Part shown: positions 9,078 through 18,642 of the stretch, in pieces | Numbering within the stretch: the stretch's first letter is position 1 | How the letters are laid out: every line of letters begins with the position of its first letter | Assembly: GCA_026129095.1 (NCBI GenBank) | Contig: JAHCIT010000005.1 | Location: 1 to 64,000 of the forward strand | Length of the DNA: 64,000 nucleotides | From: Deltaproteobacteria bacterium | GTDB lineage: Bacteria; JAGRBM01; JAHCIT01 | Direction: 5' to 3' | Program-made: the position numbers and the translations under genes | Notes under the pieces: model-generated | What the model was told of the DNA's origin: nothing | The model's database searches: none | What the model saw: the letters and a program-made list of their open reading frames with translations, nothing else

Positions 9078-10487
9078 CTATGCGGTGGTCGCGCGCTGTT
9101 CCGTGGTAGCTTTGCTAGATAATACGCTGAGGTAGGTTATCGCAATCGGCAGAAAATCGACCTTCGGCATATGCAATTCGAGAGGTACCGGCGCGGTGGC
9201 GAGTACGCGGGCGAGCAGCGCGTAATGATGGGGAACGGACACTATCCGATGTTCATCGTTCAGGGCCACGAATTCCGCAGTCATTTCCGAGAGATTATTC
9301 CGTAACAGATCGATCAGGCTGGTGCCATCCCGGAAAAATCCCAGTATCTCGTCAGTTATCCGGATCCCTTGTCTGACCCACAGATCGAACGATTCACGCG
9401 TCTGGAGCCGGGTCCGGAACCCCTGGTTCCAAAGTGCATCAGTAATCTGATCATGTTGACGCGTCAGATAGCCGTTAACCACGCGAACTACGTCGGTCCG
9501 AAAACCTTCCGGGAAATCCTTGGTGCATCCAAAGTCGAGCATGACCAAAGTCGCGGTGGATCCTGAGGATCCCGGCGTCTCATCGAGCACCATGAAATTA
9601 CCAGGATGCGTATCGGCTTGGAAGAAGCCGTAGTATGAAATCGTGAAAAACAGACATTCGACCAAGCAGCGGAATATCCAGTTCTTTTTATCAGTTGGAA
9701 CCTGCGGATCGGAGTACCAGGGAACGATCTTGCGTGCCTGGATAAATTCCATGCAAAGAATAGCATCGCGGCAATACTCTTCATAAAGGCGCGGTACAAC
9801 GACCATTCTGCGGTCCCTCAGCCCTTTAAGCTGCTCGTACATCCGGATCTGATTCCGGGCCTCGTTGCGATAATCGAGTTCAAGATGGATGTGGGTCGTA
9901 AACTCGTCGATCAATACTGAAAATTCAATGCCTGACGATTCGCGATAAAATCCCCATTCGAGGATTTTGACGAAAATAGGCAGCATAAGCCGGACAACCT
10001 TGATGTCAGCGAAAAAGAACTTGTCGATTCCAGGATATTTGACCTTGATGACGGCTTCCCGGCCGTCTTGGAGCGTGACGCGATGGACTTGTCCGATGGA
10101 AGCACATGCCAGAGGGACTGGATCGAATTTCGCGAACACCTCTTCGGCCGGCTTGCCATACTGTTCGATAATCCGCTGGCGAACCTCCTTCTCGGAGGCT
10201 GTAGGCATCTGATCCTGCATTTTGACCATCTCCATCAGATATTGCGTGGGAAGAAATGCAGCCTGAGTGGAGAGGAACTGTCCGATTTTGATATACACGC
10301 CCTTAAGACGGACAAAATCCGCATAAAGCCGCTGGGCATTTCGGCTATGCAGGGCGTCCATCTTTTCCCGCCGAATCCCTTTCGGTGTACGACGATATGT
10401 CACAAGCCCAAACCACACGTAGCTGGCGAGTATCTTTGAGAATAATAAAACAGCAATGACCGCGCGGATTGAGCGGAATTTTAGCAT
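9078..10487 (-). CDS. ABC1/UbiB (AarF)-family kinase with N-terminal hydrophobic segment
   Basis: YIKIGQ, ACASIGQVH, VIKVKYP, FFQADTHPGN, LDFG; ATG 10487 chosen from the upstream GGAGG/AAGGA. Confidence 0.9.
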   Translation of the reverse strand: MLKFRSIRAVIAVLLFSKILASYVWFGLVTYRRTPKGIRREKMDALHSRNAQRLYADFVRLKGVYIKIGQFLSTQAAFLPTQYLMEMVKMQDQMPTASEKEVRQRIIEQYGKPAEEVFAKFDPVPLACASIGQVHRVTLQDGREAVIKVKYPGIDKFFFADIKVVRLMLPIFVKILEWGFYRESSGIEFSVLIDEFTTHIHLELDYRNEARNQIRMYEQLKGLRDRRMVVVPRLYEEYCRDAILCMEFIQARKIVPWYSDPQVPTDKKNWIFRCLVECLFFTISYYGFFQADTHPGNFMVLDETPGSSGSTATLVMLDFGCTKDFPEGFRTDVVRVVNGYLTRQHDQITDALWNQGFRTRLQTRESFDLWVRQGIRITDEILGFFRDGTSLIDLLRNNLSEMTAEFVALNDEHRIVSVPHHYALLARVLATAPVPLELHMPKVDFLPIAITYLSVLSSKATTEQRATTA

Positions 10488-10599
10488 TTTATCAATTTCC
10501 TTTCCTCCAGACAATAGCCCACCATCAAAGCGGCCAAAGATCGTCATGTCTCCACGGCTCGAAGGATAGAGCATAATATAAATTTAATACTAGACATAC

Positions 10600-10616
10600 T
10601 AGCATAGTTATTGCTA
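10600..10616. promoter_or_regulatory. Palindrome TAGCA-N7-TGCTA in an AT-rich divergent promoter region
   Basis: tagca tagttat tgcta between the divergent ABC1 kinase and MBL hydrolase genes. Confidence 0.35.
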
Positions 10617-10756
10617 TATTTGCCGAGGGGCGTGAGCTAAGAGCATTGTCTTTTAATAGGTCTAGGGGCCCAGATTGTGCAATTGGGCCACAAAGGCGTG
10701 GGCTTTACCTGTAGAAGATTTCGCAAGGGATTTGGTTATAAGGCATCGAAGAATAA

Positions 10757-11884
10757 ATGGAAGATTTCTCCGCCGTCGGCAACTCGATTCGTGAAATATT
10801 TCCGGGATTGTTTCGCATCCGCCTTCCTCAGCCACGATATGGAAGCGTATACGTGCATCTAGCGAAAGGCGGCTCTGGGCCCCTGACACTCTTCGACGCC
10901 GGCCTGCCACACCCTCTGACACAGAACGCCCTGCGTCGGCATCTGGGTGAGTTGGACGTTTCGGTCTCCGACTTAGAACAAATTGTCTATACTCACTCCC
11001 ACATAGATCACATGGGCGGCGGTTCAGTCATATCCGGCCTGACGGATAGGCCCAAGCATATCGCTTTTCAGGGTTGTTTAGGAGTTTGCGAAGACTATCA
11101 AGAGTACAACCGCAGGGCTAGTTCCTGGAAATCGCTGATTCAGCACCTGAGCTATACGCCAGGTATGAAGGACCGGATTGTTCAGCTTTTGCCGATAGAA
11201 TCTCGCGCGAAAGGGAATCTGCTGGATGGGAATATTTCGGTAGAAGACGCAGACCAAACCTATCATCTCTTCGATAAGGGGGCAGCCGAAATCAGGTTCG
11301 ACCGGGGCATTTCGGATGGAGATTCGTTTGAGGCAGGCCCCTATGCATGGTCCGTGATCGAAACCCCGGGACACAATCCGCATCATGTCGTATTGGTAGA
11401 ATCGGAAAACCGCTTTTCGGTTACCGGGGATATGATCCTGGATCACGGAACGCCGATTATGCGTTCCATGGGAGACGACGTGTCCGTATATCTCGCGTCC
11501 CTGCTAAAACTGAGGCGGACCGTACTGGGAACCGCGCTCACGTCGCACGGGTGCGTGTTTCCAGACGGTAATACCGCACTTTGTCGTGTGCTGGAGGAGC
11601 GCGAAGCGTTACTCGAGTGGGTATGGGCGGCGATACAGGACAGGCCTCAACGTCTGGTGGATATTTCGATGGCGGCCGGCGCGGCGGGAGTCGCAGGGAA
11701 AAAAGTAAATCCTATGTTGCTCATGGGTGTGCTTGATTCTGCGGTACATGTCTGGTCCGAACGGGGAGCGGTCTGGGTTGATCCATCTAACGGAATAGTG
11801 TCGATCAAATCCGACAAATGGGGTAGCTCCGCGGATGCTGAAGCGATGATTCCGCTCGATGAAGAACGTCCCAATATCGCGTAA
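10757..11884 (+). CDS. MBL-fold metallo-hydrolase
   Basis: LFDAG, THSHIDH (HxHxDH), TPGH, TGDMIL, TSHG. Confidence 0.9.
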   Translation: MEDFSAVGNSIREIFPGLFRIRLPQPRYGSVYVHLAKGGSGPLTLFDAGLPHPLTQNALRRHLGELDVSVSDLEQIVYTHSHIDHMGGGSVISGLTDRPKHIAFQGCLGVCEDYQEYNRRASSWKSLIQHLSYTPGMKDRIVQLLPIESRAKGNLLDGNISVEDADQTYHLFDKGAAEIRFDRGISDGDSFEAGPYAWSVIETPGHNPHHVVLVESENRFSVTGDMILDHGTPIMRSMGDDVSVYLASLLKLRRTVLGTALTSHGCVFPDGNTALCRVLEEREALLEWVWAAIQDRPQRLVDISMAAGAAGVAGKKVNPMLLMGVLDSAVHVWSERGAVWVDPSNGIVSIKSDKWGSSADAEAMIPLDEERPNIA

Positions 11885-11904
11885 CTTGATAAGGATCGGG
11901 TCAC

Positions 11905-12360
11905 ATGAATGAGAAGCTAACCAAAGACTTGATGGAAAAATTTAACCCTCAGCTGGCTTCGGCGATCCAGTCGGCTAATAACGCAATGGCCGGGCTGCCC
12001 AAATTTCTCGGATGCAGAGTGACCGAACTTACACCGGGCAGGCTCATGGCCAATCTTCCGGTCCGCAAAGAACTGCTGACGCCTATTGGGAATTTGCATG
12101 GAGGTGTCCTTGCCGGGTTTGTCGACCACATTCTCGGGGTTGTGCTTTATCCCGTCATGAAGCCGGGACAATGGGCGGCTACCACCGAATTCAAGCTGAA
12201 CTATCTCGCGCCAATCAAAGACGGGGTTCTGCTGGCGGAGTCGTCGGTGATTGCGATGACACGAAATACGGCTGTTGTGCGGGCGGAAGTTTCCAATGGG
12301 GAACGCCTCGTCTGTGCAGCCCAAGGCACGTTGCTGATTAGAGATCCGAAGGGCTCCTGA
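11905..12360 (+). CDS. PaaI-family (hotdog) thioesterase
   Basis: GNLHGGVLAGFVD; TTEFKLNYLAP. Confidence 0.9.
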   Translation: MNEKLTKDLMEKFNPQLASAIQSANNAMAGLPKFLGCRVTELTPGRLMANLPVRKELLTPIGNLHGGVLAGFVDHILGVVLYPVMKPGQWAATTEFKLNYLAPIKDGVLLAESSVIAMTRNTAVVRAEVSNGERLVCAAQGTLLIRDPKGS

Positions 12361-12386
12361 AGTTTAATCGCAGGGAGACAGTCTCA

Positions 12387-13736
12387 ATGGCAATCAGTGG
12401 ATTGAAGAGTCTGGTACAGCCAGCAATGGATTCGTTTGATTCTGGGAAGTCACGGCCGTTGGAGTGGCGTCAGCGCCAGCTTACAGGGATTATCCGTTTC
12501 TGTTTCAATCGTCGCCAGGAAATTCTGGCGGCCCTGCGCGACGATCTCGGAAAACCCACGAGGGAGGCTGTCGCTGCGGATATTGGGGCATCGATTATCG
12601 AAGCAGTCACTCTCAAGATGAATCTTCGGAAGTGGGCAAAGCGGGAACGGGTGTCCACACCTTTCCCCCTGCTTCCCGCCAACAGCTATATCGAAAAGGA
12701 ACCATTCGGAGTCGTGCTGATTATCGGAGCCTGGAACTATCCACTCCAGCTGACTCTACTGCCCTTGGCCGGAGCTGTTGCTGCGGGCAATTGTGCGATT
12801 ATCAAGCCTTCCGAAGTTGCACCTCGTACGTCGGAACTTCTCTCACGGGTACTCCCGGACTTCATCGATTCCGACTGCATCAGGGTGGTCGAGGGGGGGC
12901 CGGACGTGACCAGCCAGCTGTTGCAGGAACCGTTCGATTACATTTTCTATACAGGAAGCGGGGCGATCGGAAAGATCGTCATGAGGGCGGCTGCAGAGCG
13001 CTTGATACCGGTAACCCTTGAGCTGGGCGGCAAGAGTCCGTGTCTGGTGGATAGGGATATCAGTATTCAGGTGGCTGCCAAACGGATAGCGCTCGGCAAA
13101 TGGATGAACGCTGGGCAGACCTGCATCGCGCCGGACTACGTTCTCGTCCACCAACAGGCTGAAGGCCGTTTGCTCGAAGCGCTAAGAGGCACGATACAGT
13201 CGTTTTATGGAAACAATCCGCAGAAAAGTCCGAATTACGCACGGATCGTCAATAAAAAGCATTTCGACCGGATTTCGAAATTCCTAAAAGATGGGAAAGT
13301 AGTGATCGGCGGGGAAAGCGACCCGAAAGACTGCTATATTGCGCCGACTGTCATCCGCGTTACCGATGGTAATGCACCGGTCATGCAGGAGGAGGTTTTC
13401 GGCCCTCTACTGCCGGTCATGGCGGTGCGTGACATGGAAGAAGCAATTGCGTTCGTTCGCTCCCGACCGAAACCCCTTGCCCTGTATCTTTTTTCAAACA
13501 ACACGGATGTTCAGCAACGCGTGATCGCCAAGACATCCGCAGGTGGAGTCTGTATCAATCATACGGTTCTTCACGCGGGAAATCCGAACCTTCCTTTCGG
13601 CGGCGTTGGAGCGAGCGGTATCGGTGCCTATCACGGACGTCGCACCTTCGAGACGTTCACGCACCGAAAACCCGTACTCGAGAAGCCAGTATTTCCGGAT
13701 TTCAGTTTCATGTACCCAAAAGAAAAGTCGGATTAA
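12387..13736 (+). CDS. Aldehyde dehydrogenase (ALDH3/fatty-aldehyde type)
   Basis: AWNYP, KPSE, YTGS, LELGGKSP, NAGQTCIAPDY, EEVFGP, PFGGVGASG. Confidence 0.95.
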   Translation: MAISGLKSLVQPAMDSFDSGKSRPLEWRQRQLTGIIRFCFNRRQEILAALRDDLGKPTREAVAADIGASIIEAVTLKMNLRKWAKRERVSTPFPLLPANSYIEKEPFGVVLIIGAWNYPLQLTLLPLAGAVAAGNCAIIKPSEVAPRTSELLSRVLPDFIDSDCIRVVEGGPDVTSQLLQEPFDYIFYTGSGAIGKIVMRAAAERLIPVTLELGGKSPCLVDRDISIQVAAKRIALGKWMNAGQTCIAPDYVLVHQQAEGRLLEALRGTIQSFYGNNPQKSPNYARIVNKKHFDRISKFLKDGKVVIGGESDPKDCYIAPTVIRVTDGNAPVMQEEVFGPLLPVMAVRDMEEAIAFVRSRPKPLALYLFSNNTDVQQRVIAKTSAGGVCINHTVLHAGNPNLPFGGVGASGIGAYHGRRTFETFTHRKPVLEKPVFPDFSFMYPKEKSD

Positions 13737-13851
13737 GGGGCAGAGTAAATTAGCGTCATCTCAAAATAGCCATCAACGAATTGAGGCTTAGAGGGTCCAG
13801 CTCGCGGGAAAATATGCAGTTGTCCGAGTCGAATTACGAAAGGCGGTTGAC

Positions 13852-15375
13852 ATGCAGAGCCAAGATTTCGATGTTCTAATTATCGGTGCAGGAATCTCTG
13901 GGATCGGAGCGGCCTGCCATTTAAGCCGCGAATGCCCGAACAGGCGGGTCGCCATCATCGAAAGGCGCAAGGCCATGGGCGGGACGTGGGATCTGTTTCG
14001 TTATCCGGGTATCCGCTCTGATTCCGATATGTTTACCTTTGGCTACAACTTCCGGCCTTGGACCAACCCGAAGACGCTGGCCGACGGTCCATCGATCAAG
14101 CGATACGTCATGGATGCCGCGCGAGAGAGTGGGGTCGACAAGAAAATCCACTACGGCTTGAGCGTGACCGGTGCCTTCTGGAACAGTAAGGACCAGCAGT
14201 GGACGATCGAAACACTGAGGGAAGAAAATGGCGAGGTCCAGAGCTATACATGCAGCTTTCTGCTGATTTGTACGGGGTATTACAATTACGACAAGGGCTA
14301 TAAGCCAGACTTTCCGGGGGAAAAGGACTTTGAGGGCCGGGTAATCCATCCCCAGCAGTGGCCCGAGGATCTAGACTACAGCGGCAAGCGTGTAGTCGTC
14401 ATCGGCAGCGGCGCGACGGCCGTCACTCTGATCCCGGCAATGGCAGATAAGACCTCACACATTACCATGTTGCAGCGGTCGCCGACATACATGATGTCGC
14501 TTCCGGAAGTGGACCCGATCGCCTCGCGACTGATGGGCTTGCTGCCCGAAATGGCGACCTACCGTATCATGCGCGCGCGCAATATCGCCCTGCAGTACTG
14601 GTCGTTCGTGATTTCGCGGAAATATCCCAAGCAGGCGCGCGAGCTATTTCTGGCTCTGGCCCGTTGGCAGCTTGGCAAGGACATCGACATGCGCCATTTC
14701 ACTCCTAGCTACAATCCATGGGATGAACGCATCTGCGCGATGCCTGGAGGCGATCTGTTCAAGGCTATACGTAGTGGTCGCGCCTCGATTGTGACTGATA
14801 AAATAAAGACCTTTATTCCGAACGGGATATTATTGGAGTCGGGAAAGGAGCTGGAGGCCGACATCATAGTCTCAGCCACCGGCCTGGACCTGCAGTTCCT
14901 AGGCGGTATGAAACTTACTGTCGACGGAAAGGTTCGCCTTCCCAGGGAAGCGATGCTGTACAAGAGTGTGCTGCTCGAAGGCATTCCCAATGCTTCGATC
15001 GTGATCGGCTATACCAACGCCTCGTGGACGCTGCGGGCGGATCTGGCGGCCGAGTACCTTTGTCGCCTGCTCAACCACATGGACAAGAAGGGCTACGCCG
15101 TAGTGACGCCCGTTGACCGCGAGGGGTGCCGGACCGAGGAATCGGTCATGGGATCATTGAAGTCGGGCTACGTCTACCGTGCCATCGATAAGATGCCCCG
15201 TCAGGGTAGGCACGGCCCGTGGAAACTCACCCACAACTACTATCGGGACATTCTGATGCTGCGCAAGGGAGTGATCGAGGACCAGTATCTGGAGTTCTCG
15301 CGGGCGAAGTCCCCGATGTCACGTAGTCTTACATTGCATGAGATGGTCGATCGTGTCACAAAAGCCGCGGGGTGA
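13852..15375 (+). CDS. FAD-dependent monooxygenase, EthA/AlmA-like BVMO
   Basis: GAGISG, GGTWDLFRYPGIRSDSD, FxGxxxHxxxWP (FEGRVIHPQQWP), GSGATAVT, ATG. Confidence 0.93.
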   Translation: MQSQDFDVLIIGAGISGIGAACHLSRECPNRRVAIIERRKAMGGTWDLFRYPGIRSDSDMFTFGYNFRPWTNPKTLADGPSIKRYVMDAARESGVDKKIHYGLSVTGAFWNSKDQQWTIETLREENGEVQSYTCSFLLICTGYYNYDKGYKPDFPGEKDFEGRVIHPQQWPEDLDYSGKRVVVIGSGATAVTLIPAMADKTSHITMLQRSPTYMMSLPEVDPIASRLMGLLPEMATYRIMRARNIALQYWSFVISRKYPKQARELFLALARWQLGKDIDMRHFTPSYNPWDERICAMPGGDLFKAIRSGRASIVTDKIKTFIPNGILLESGKELEADIIVSATGLDLQFLGGMKLTVDGKVRLPREAMLYKSVLLEGIPNASIVIGYTNASWTLRADLAAEYLCRLLNHMDKKGYAVVTPVDREGCRTEESVMGSLKSGYVYRAIDKMPRQGRHGPWKLTHNYYRDILMLRKGVIEDQYLEFSRAKSPMSRSLTLHEMVDRVTKAAG

Positions 15376-15514
15376 TGACTCATGTCAGGGGCGGACCAAA
15401 CGTGTACCGGCAGGGCGGAGTAAAAGTTTACCACTTGGAGCGGGGGTTTAATGTGGATTCCGGTGATCGGGTTCGGGCTGGAAATGGCTGGTTTTGACCC
15501 ATCCCGGGGTGCGT

Positions 15515-15552
15515 GAAAAGGAAACGGGGCTGTACGGCCCCGTTTCCTTTTC
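15515..15552. terminator. Perfect 16-bp hairpin downstream of istB
   Basis: gaaaaggaaacggggc-tgtacg-gccccgtttccttttc. Confidence 0.6.
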
Positions 15553-15569
15553 GCGTGGTGGGCCAACGG

Positions 15570-15806
15570 TCAGGCCAGTCGGCGTTCCTTCTTGCTCCTG
15601 GCGAGGCGGTAGCTTTCGCCGTTCATCTCCAGAATGTGGAAATGGTGGGTGAGGCGGTCGAGCAGCGTCCCGGTGAGCTGCTCAGAGCCCATGATCTCGG
15701 TCCATTCGTCGAAGGGGAGATTGCTGGTGACGAGAACCGATCCCCGCTCGTACCTCTGGCTGAAAACCTCGAATAGCAGTTCCGCCCCGGTCTTGGAGAG
15801 CGGCAC
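15570..15806 (-). pseudogene. istB: IstB ATPase C-terminal fragment
   Basis: AELLFEVFSQRYERGSVLVTSNLPFDEW...LLDRLTHH..ILEMNGESYRL. Confidence 0.92.
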
Positions 15807-16435
15807 TGCCCCGTACCTCTCTTTGGGTCCGCACTAAACTGAAAGCTCCGGCGGGTTGAACGTCGTGCATCCTTCAGGCTGGCCTGCGGCCCTTATTCGG
15901 TCCCGCACGGGCACCAGTTCTCGTTCAGGCACTCGTCCCGCATCCGTCCGTTGAAACTCTCCACGTAGGCATTCTGGATGGGCTTGCCCGGCTCGATAAA
16001 CGCCAGCCGGATTCCCGTCTCGAACGCCCACTGGCCCACCAGCCGGCAGGCCCGCCGCTGCGGAAGGCCGTGCTCGTTCTCCGCGAACCCGCACGCCTTC
16101 CGCCTCGCGGCGGGCGTTACCAATTTTTCGCGATGATTGCCCGCGCCGCCTGAAGGTCCAAGGCCCGATTGACCACCAGCTGCCTCAGTTAGCGGTTTTC
16201 CTCTTCCAGCGCATTCAGACGCATTGCATCCGACACTTCCAGCCCGCCGCAATTCGCTTTCCACCGGTACAACGTGCCTGCGCTGATCCCGTGGCGGCGG
16301 GTGATGTCCTCTACCGCCGTCCCGGCCTCATGCTCCTTCAGGATTCCAATGACCTGCTCTTCGCTAAAACGGCTTTTCTTCACCGTCGTCTCCAGTTCCA
16401 AAGCTGTCCGCCATTGAACCACGGCGGACAGGTCA
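15807..16435 (-). mobile_element. IS3-family remnant (orfA with premature stop, orfB internally deleted)
   Basis: Left end TGACCTGTCCGCC at 16435; KKSRFSEEQ..GIS..TLYRWK orfA; FIEPGKPIQNAYVESFNGRMRDECLNE orfB. Confidence 0.88.
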
Positions 16436-16713
16436 GGCCGGTTTCTTTCATTATACGACGGACCGGAACGGTGGGTACGGGTCAGGTCGTCATCCAGAAT
16501 CCCATCGATGACCCCGGTATACGCCGCCAGCTTCGGCTTCGCCGTCGGTTCCTTTCGGCAGTAGCCCGGCGAAACCGAAAACATCAGTATCTCCCTCACC
16601 GTATTCCGGTGAACCCCGAACCGGCTCGGCGCTTCACGGCCGCTTAATCTCTCAACCTGACACGCCCGTCTAATCCTCGCATACAACTCCACTTTGTACA
16701 TCTCCCTGGACAC
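16436..16713 (-). pseudogene. istA: IstA transposase N-terminal fragment
   Basis: MYKVELYARIRRAC..LSGRE..RFGVHRNTV..PGY..PKL..Y..ID.IL.DD; truncated near the IS3 end. Confidence 0.85.
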
Positions 16714-16803
16714 GCCTCCCGTCCGGCTTTTCCCTCATTCCAGGATCTACCTGACCGAAGGGCTTGCCGGCGGTTCACTTTTGCTCCGCCCTTCACACAC
16801 AAT

Positions 16804-17499
16804 ATGGCCGAATACTCGGCGAACCGGCCTGAGCGGCGTACGGTCAAAAGCTATCTCCAGGACGGGACCCTTTCCCCAGAAGCCATGGAACGGGTTTTTC
16901 TGATCGCAGAGAAATTCTTTCATGTAGCTCCTTGGGATGCGACCGGAGGTGACAATCCTTTTCATCTAAATGCTCCCGGTTGGGGGCTGTCGGACGCGAC
17001 CGTCGTGGTAATCGGAGCGTCCGGGGAAAGTGTCGGCCTGCCGATTTTTGCATCGTCTGATTACATCTGTCGTTTCACGATATGGCGCTGGTATTTTTCG
17101 ACGGTTCAACGCCCGATCCTGAGCTCCTGAAGTCGGTGCGATCCAACAATTTCGAGCGGAAACGGGAGATGCCGAAACCGATGCTGGCCGAAATCGGGAA
17201 ATCCGGCTGGCCGGTCGCCGGGCCCGATGCCTACCCCCGCATCTTGTGGACAGATACGGGTAATGTAAACAAACCGATTACGGAGCGGGAGGTTGATCTT
17301 TAGTACGGCGGTCGCCACTGGCGTGACCGCTTTCATGCGCCTGAACTCGGAAATATTCGATGAACCGTACCCGGAACCTGTCGAGATGACCGTCGCCTGT
17401 GCGGGGTTGCCTGGAATGCCCTCGATTACGCATACGCTCCCGCACCAGATTATCCCTTGGATCGACGAATTGGGGGACGGGCCAGACGATATCGGCTGA
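16804..17499 (+). pseudogene. Frameshifted hypothetical gene in three pieces, abutting the IS21 end
   Basis: Three overlapping protein-like frames (..HVAPW..IGASGES.. / ..GWPVAGPDAYP.. / ..AFMRLN..). Confidence 0.6.
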
Positions 17500-18080
17500 T
17501 ATCCGGCCGCGTCGGACGTAAAATCGACGTATCTCGCGCGGCGGCATCGTTCAATGCGCCCGGTACGGCACTGGTTCCACAGGTGGCGTAAGGGTCCTGT
17601 AGCGTCACGTCTACGGGCTCCCGTGACAGCGGCTCACCAGACGTACGTCATTGGCAGCACCACGTATTTCGCACGGTAGTTTCGCCTCGGCCACGTATTT
17701 CCGGTGTAAATAGCCCCCCATTATTCCTGATAATGCCGCGCTTCCGGGCCGCACCAGGCAATGGTTTCCCGGTTTACCTGCGCGAATTAGTCATGTGCGC
17801 AAGTTCAGCCCATTTTTATGCAAATGGTTCGTCGCTAACTTGGTTCGGTGATGACCGGCGAGGCCCGAAATGGGTGTCCGCCCAAAAGGGTCATTGTTGA
17901 GCAGACGCGGAACCCGCAGATTGGTGATGAAAGGTCAGGCTGAATCTTGCGCAAGGAAAGATCATTTTTGCTCGGTCCCAGATTCGCCAGAGTTTCAGTG
18001 GGGACGAAAATTCCGGATTTCTGGCCATTTTATTTACCTCCCCTCCGGCCGCATCCTGATCCTGGAAAAGGAGATCGACA

Positions 18081-18341
18081 TTGGAACCTCAACTCTCTCC
18101 ACTCGCCAGATTCATCTTCGCCAGACTCAAGCGGCGCTCGGCGGTAATTCCCCAGGCATCCCTGTTCATCCGGGATCTGAAAAGCGCCATCCGTCGTCAG
18201 GGCTACGAAATCGCCGGCGATGAACTGGGGCAGGCCTTCGATGAGCTGATCAGGGCAGGTCTGGCGCACCTTAAGGTTCGCAAGGACTACATGGGGCTTA
18301 TCGCGCTAAAACGGTTCGAAGGCCTTAAATCTCAAGATTAA
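18081..18341 (+). CDS. Small hypothetical protein, possibly winged-helix
   Basis: TTG start 7 nt after AAGGAG; AFDELIRAGL pattern; directly upstream of xis. Confidence 0.5.
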   Translation: MEPQLSPLARFIFARLKRRSAVIPQASLFIRDLKSAIRRQGYEIAGDELGQAFDELIRAGLAHLKVRKDYMGLIALKRFEGLKSQD

Positions 18342-18359
18342 CCTCAAAGGAGAAACGCC

Positions 18360-18578
18360 ATGAACAACAATTCCCTCAAGCTGGTGGATGCCGGACTCGT
18401 CCGGATCGACGAATGCTGCCGGTTCCTCGGCATCAGCAGGGCGAAGCTATACGAGGTCATGGACCAGGGTGAACTTCCTTATGTGAAGATCGGCCGATCG
18501 CGGCGGATCCCGCAGCAGGCGATGAAGGAGTTCGCGGCGAGCAGGATAGTGGGCTTAGGCGATTCGCACACCGGCTGA
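18360..18578 (+). CDS. Excisionase-type HTH DNA-binding protein
   Basis: IDECCRFLGISRAKLYEVMDQGELPYVKIGRSRRIP; RBS AAAGGAG; precedes the integrase. Confidence 0.9.
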   Translation: MNNNSLKLVDAGLVRIDECCRFLGISRAKLYEVMDQGELPYVKIGRSRRIPQQAMKEFAASRIVGLGDSHTG

Positions 18579-18642
18579 TCCCGGGTTAAGATGCTTAGTT
18601 AACCTGACCGGGGAAGGTTCCCGGTAGCTACGGAGTCGGAAC

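Larger units (their letters stand above)
15383..16797 (-). mobile_element. IS21-family element, internally deleted and interrupted by an IS3 remnant
   Basis: Terminal IRs tgtcaggggcggaccaaacgtgtacc (15383) and tgtgaagggcggagcaaaagtgaacc (reverse from 16797), 21/26 identical; istA N- and istB C-terminal fragments inside; no clear TSD. Confidence 0.9.

Noticed and set aside
16189-16713. 174-aa IstA-IS3 OrfA fusion as a novel transposase
   Set aside because: Chance in-frame join at the IS3 insertion; ends in a premature stop and has no catalytic domain.
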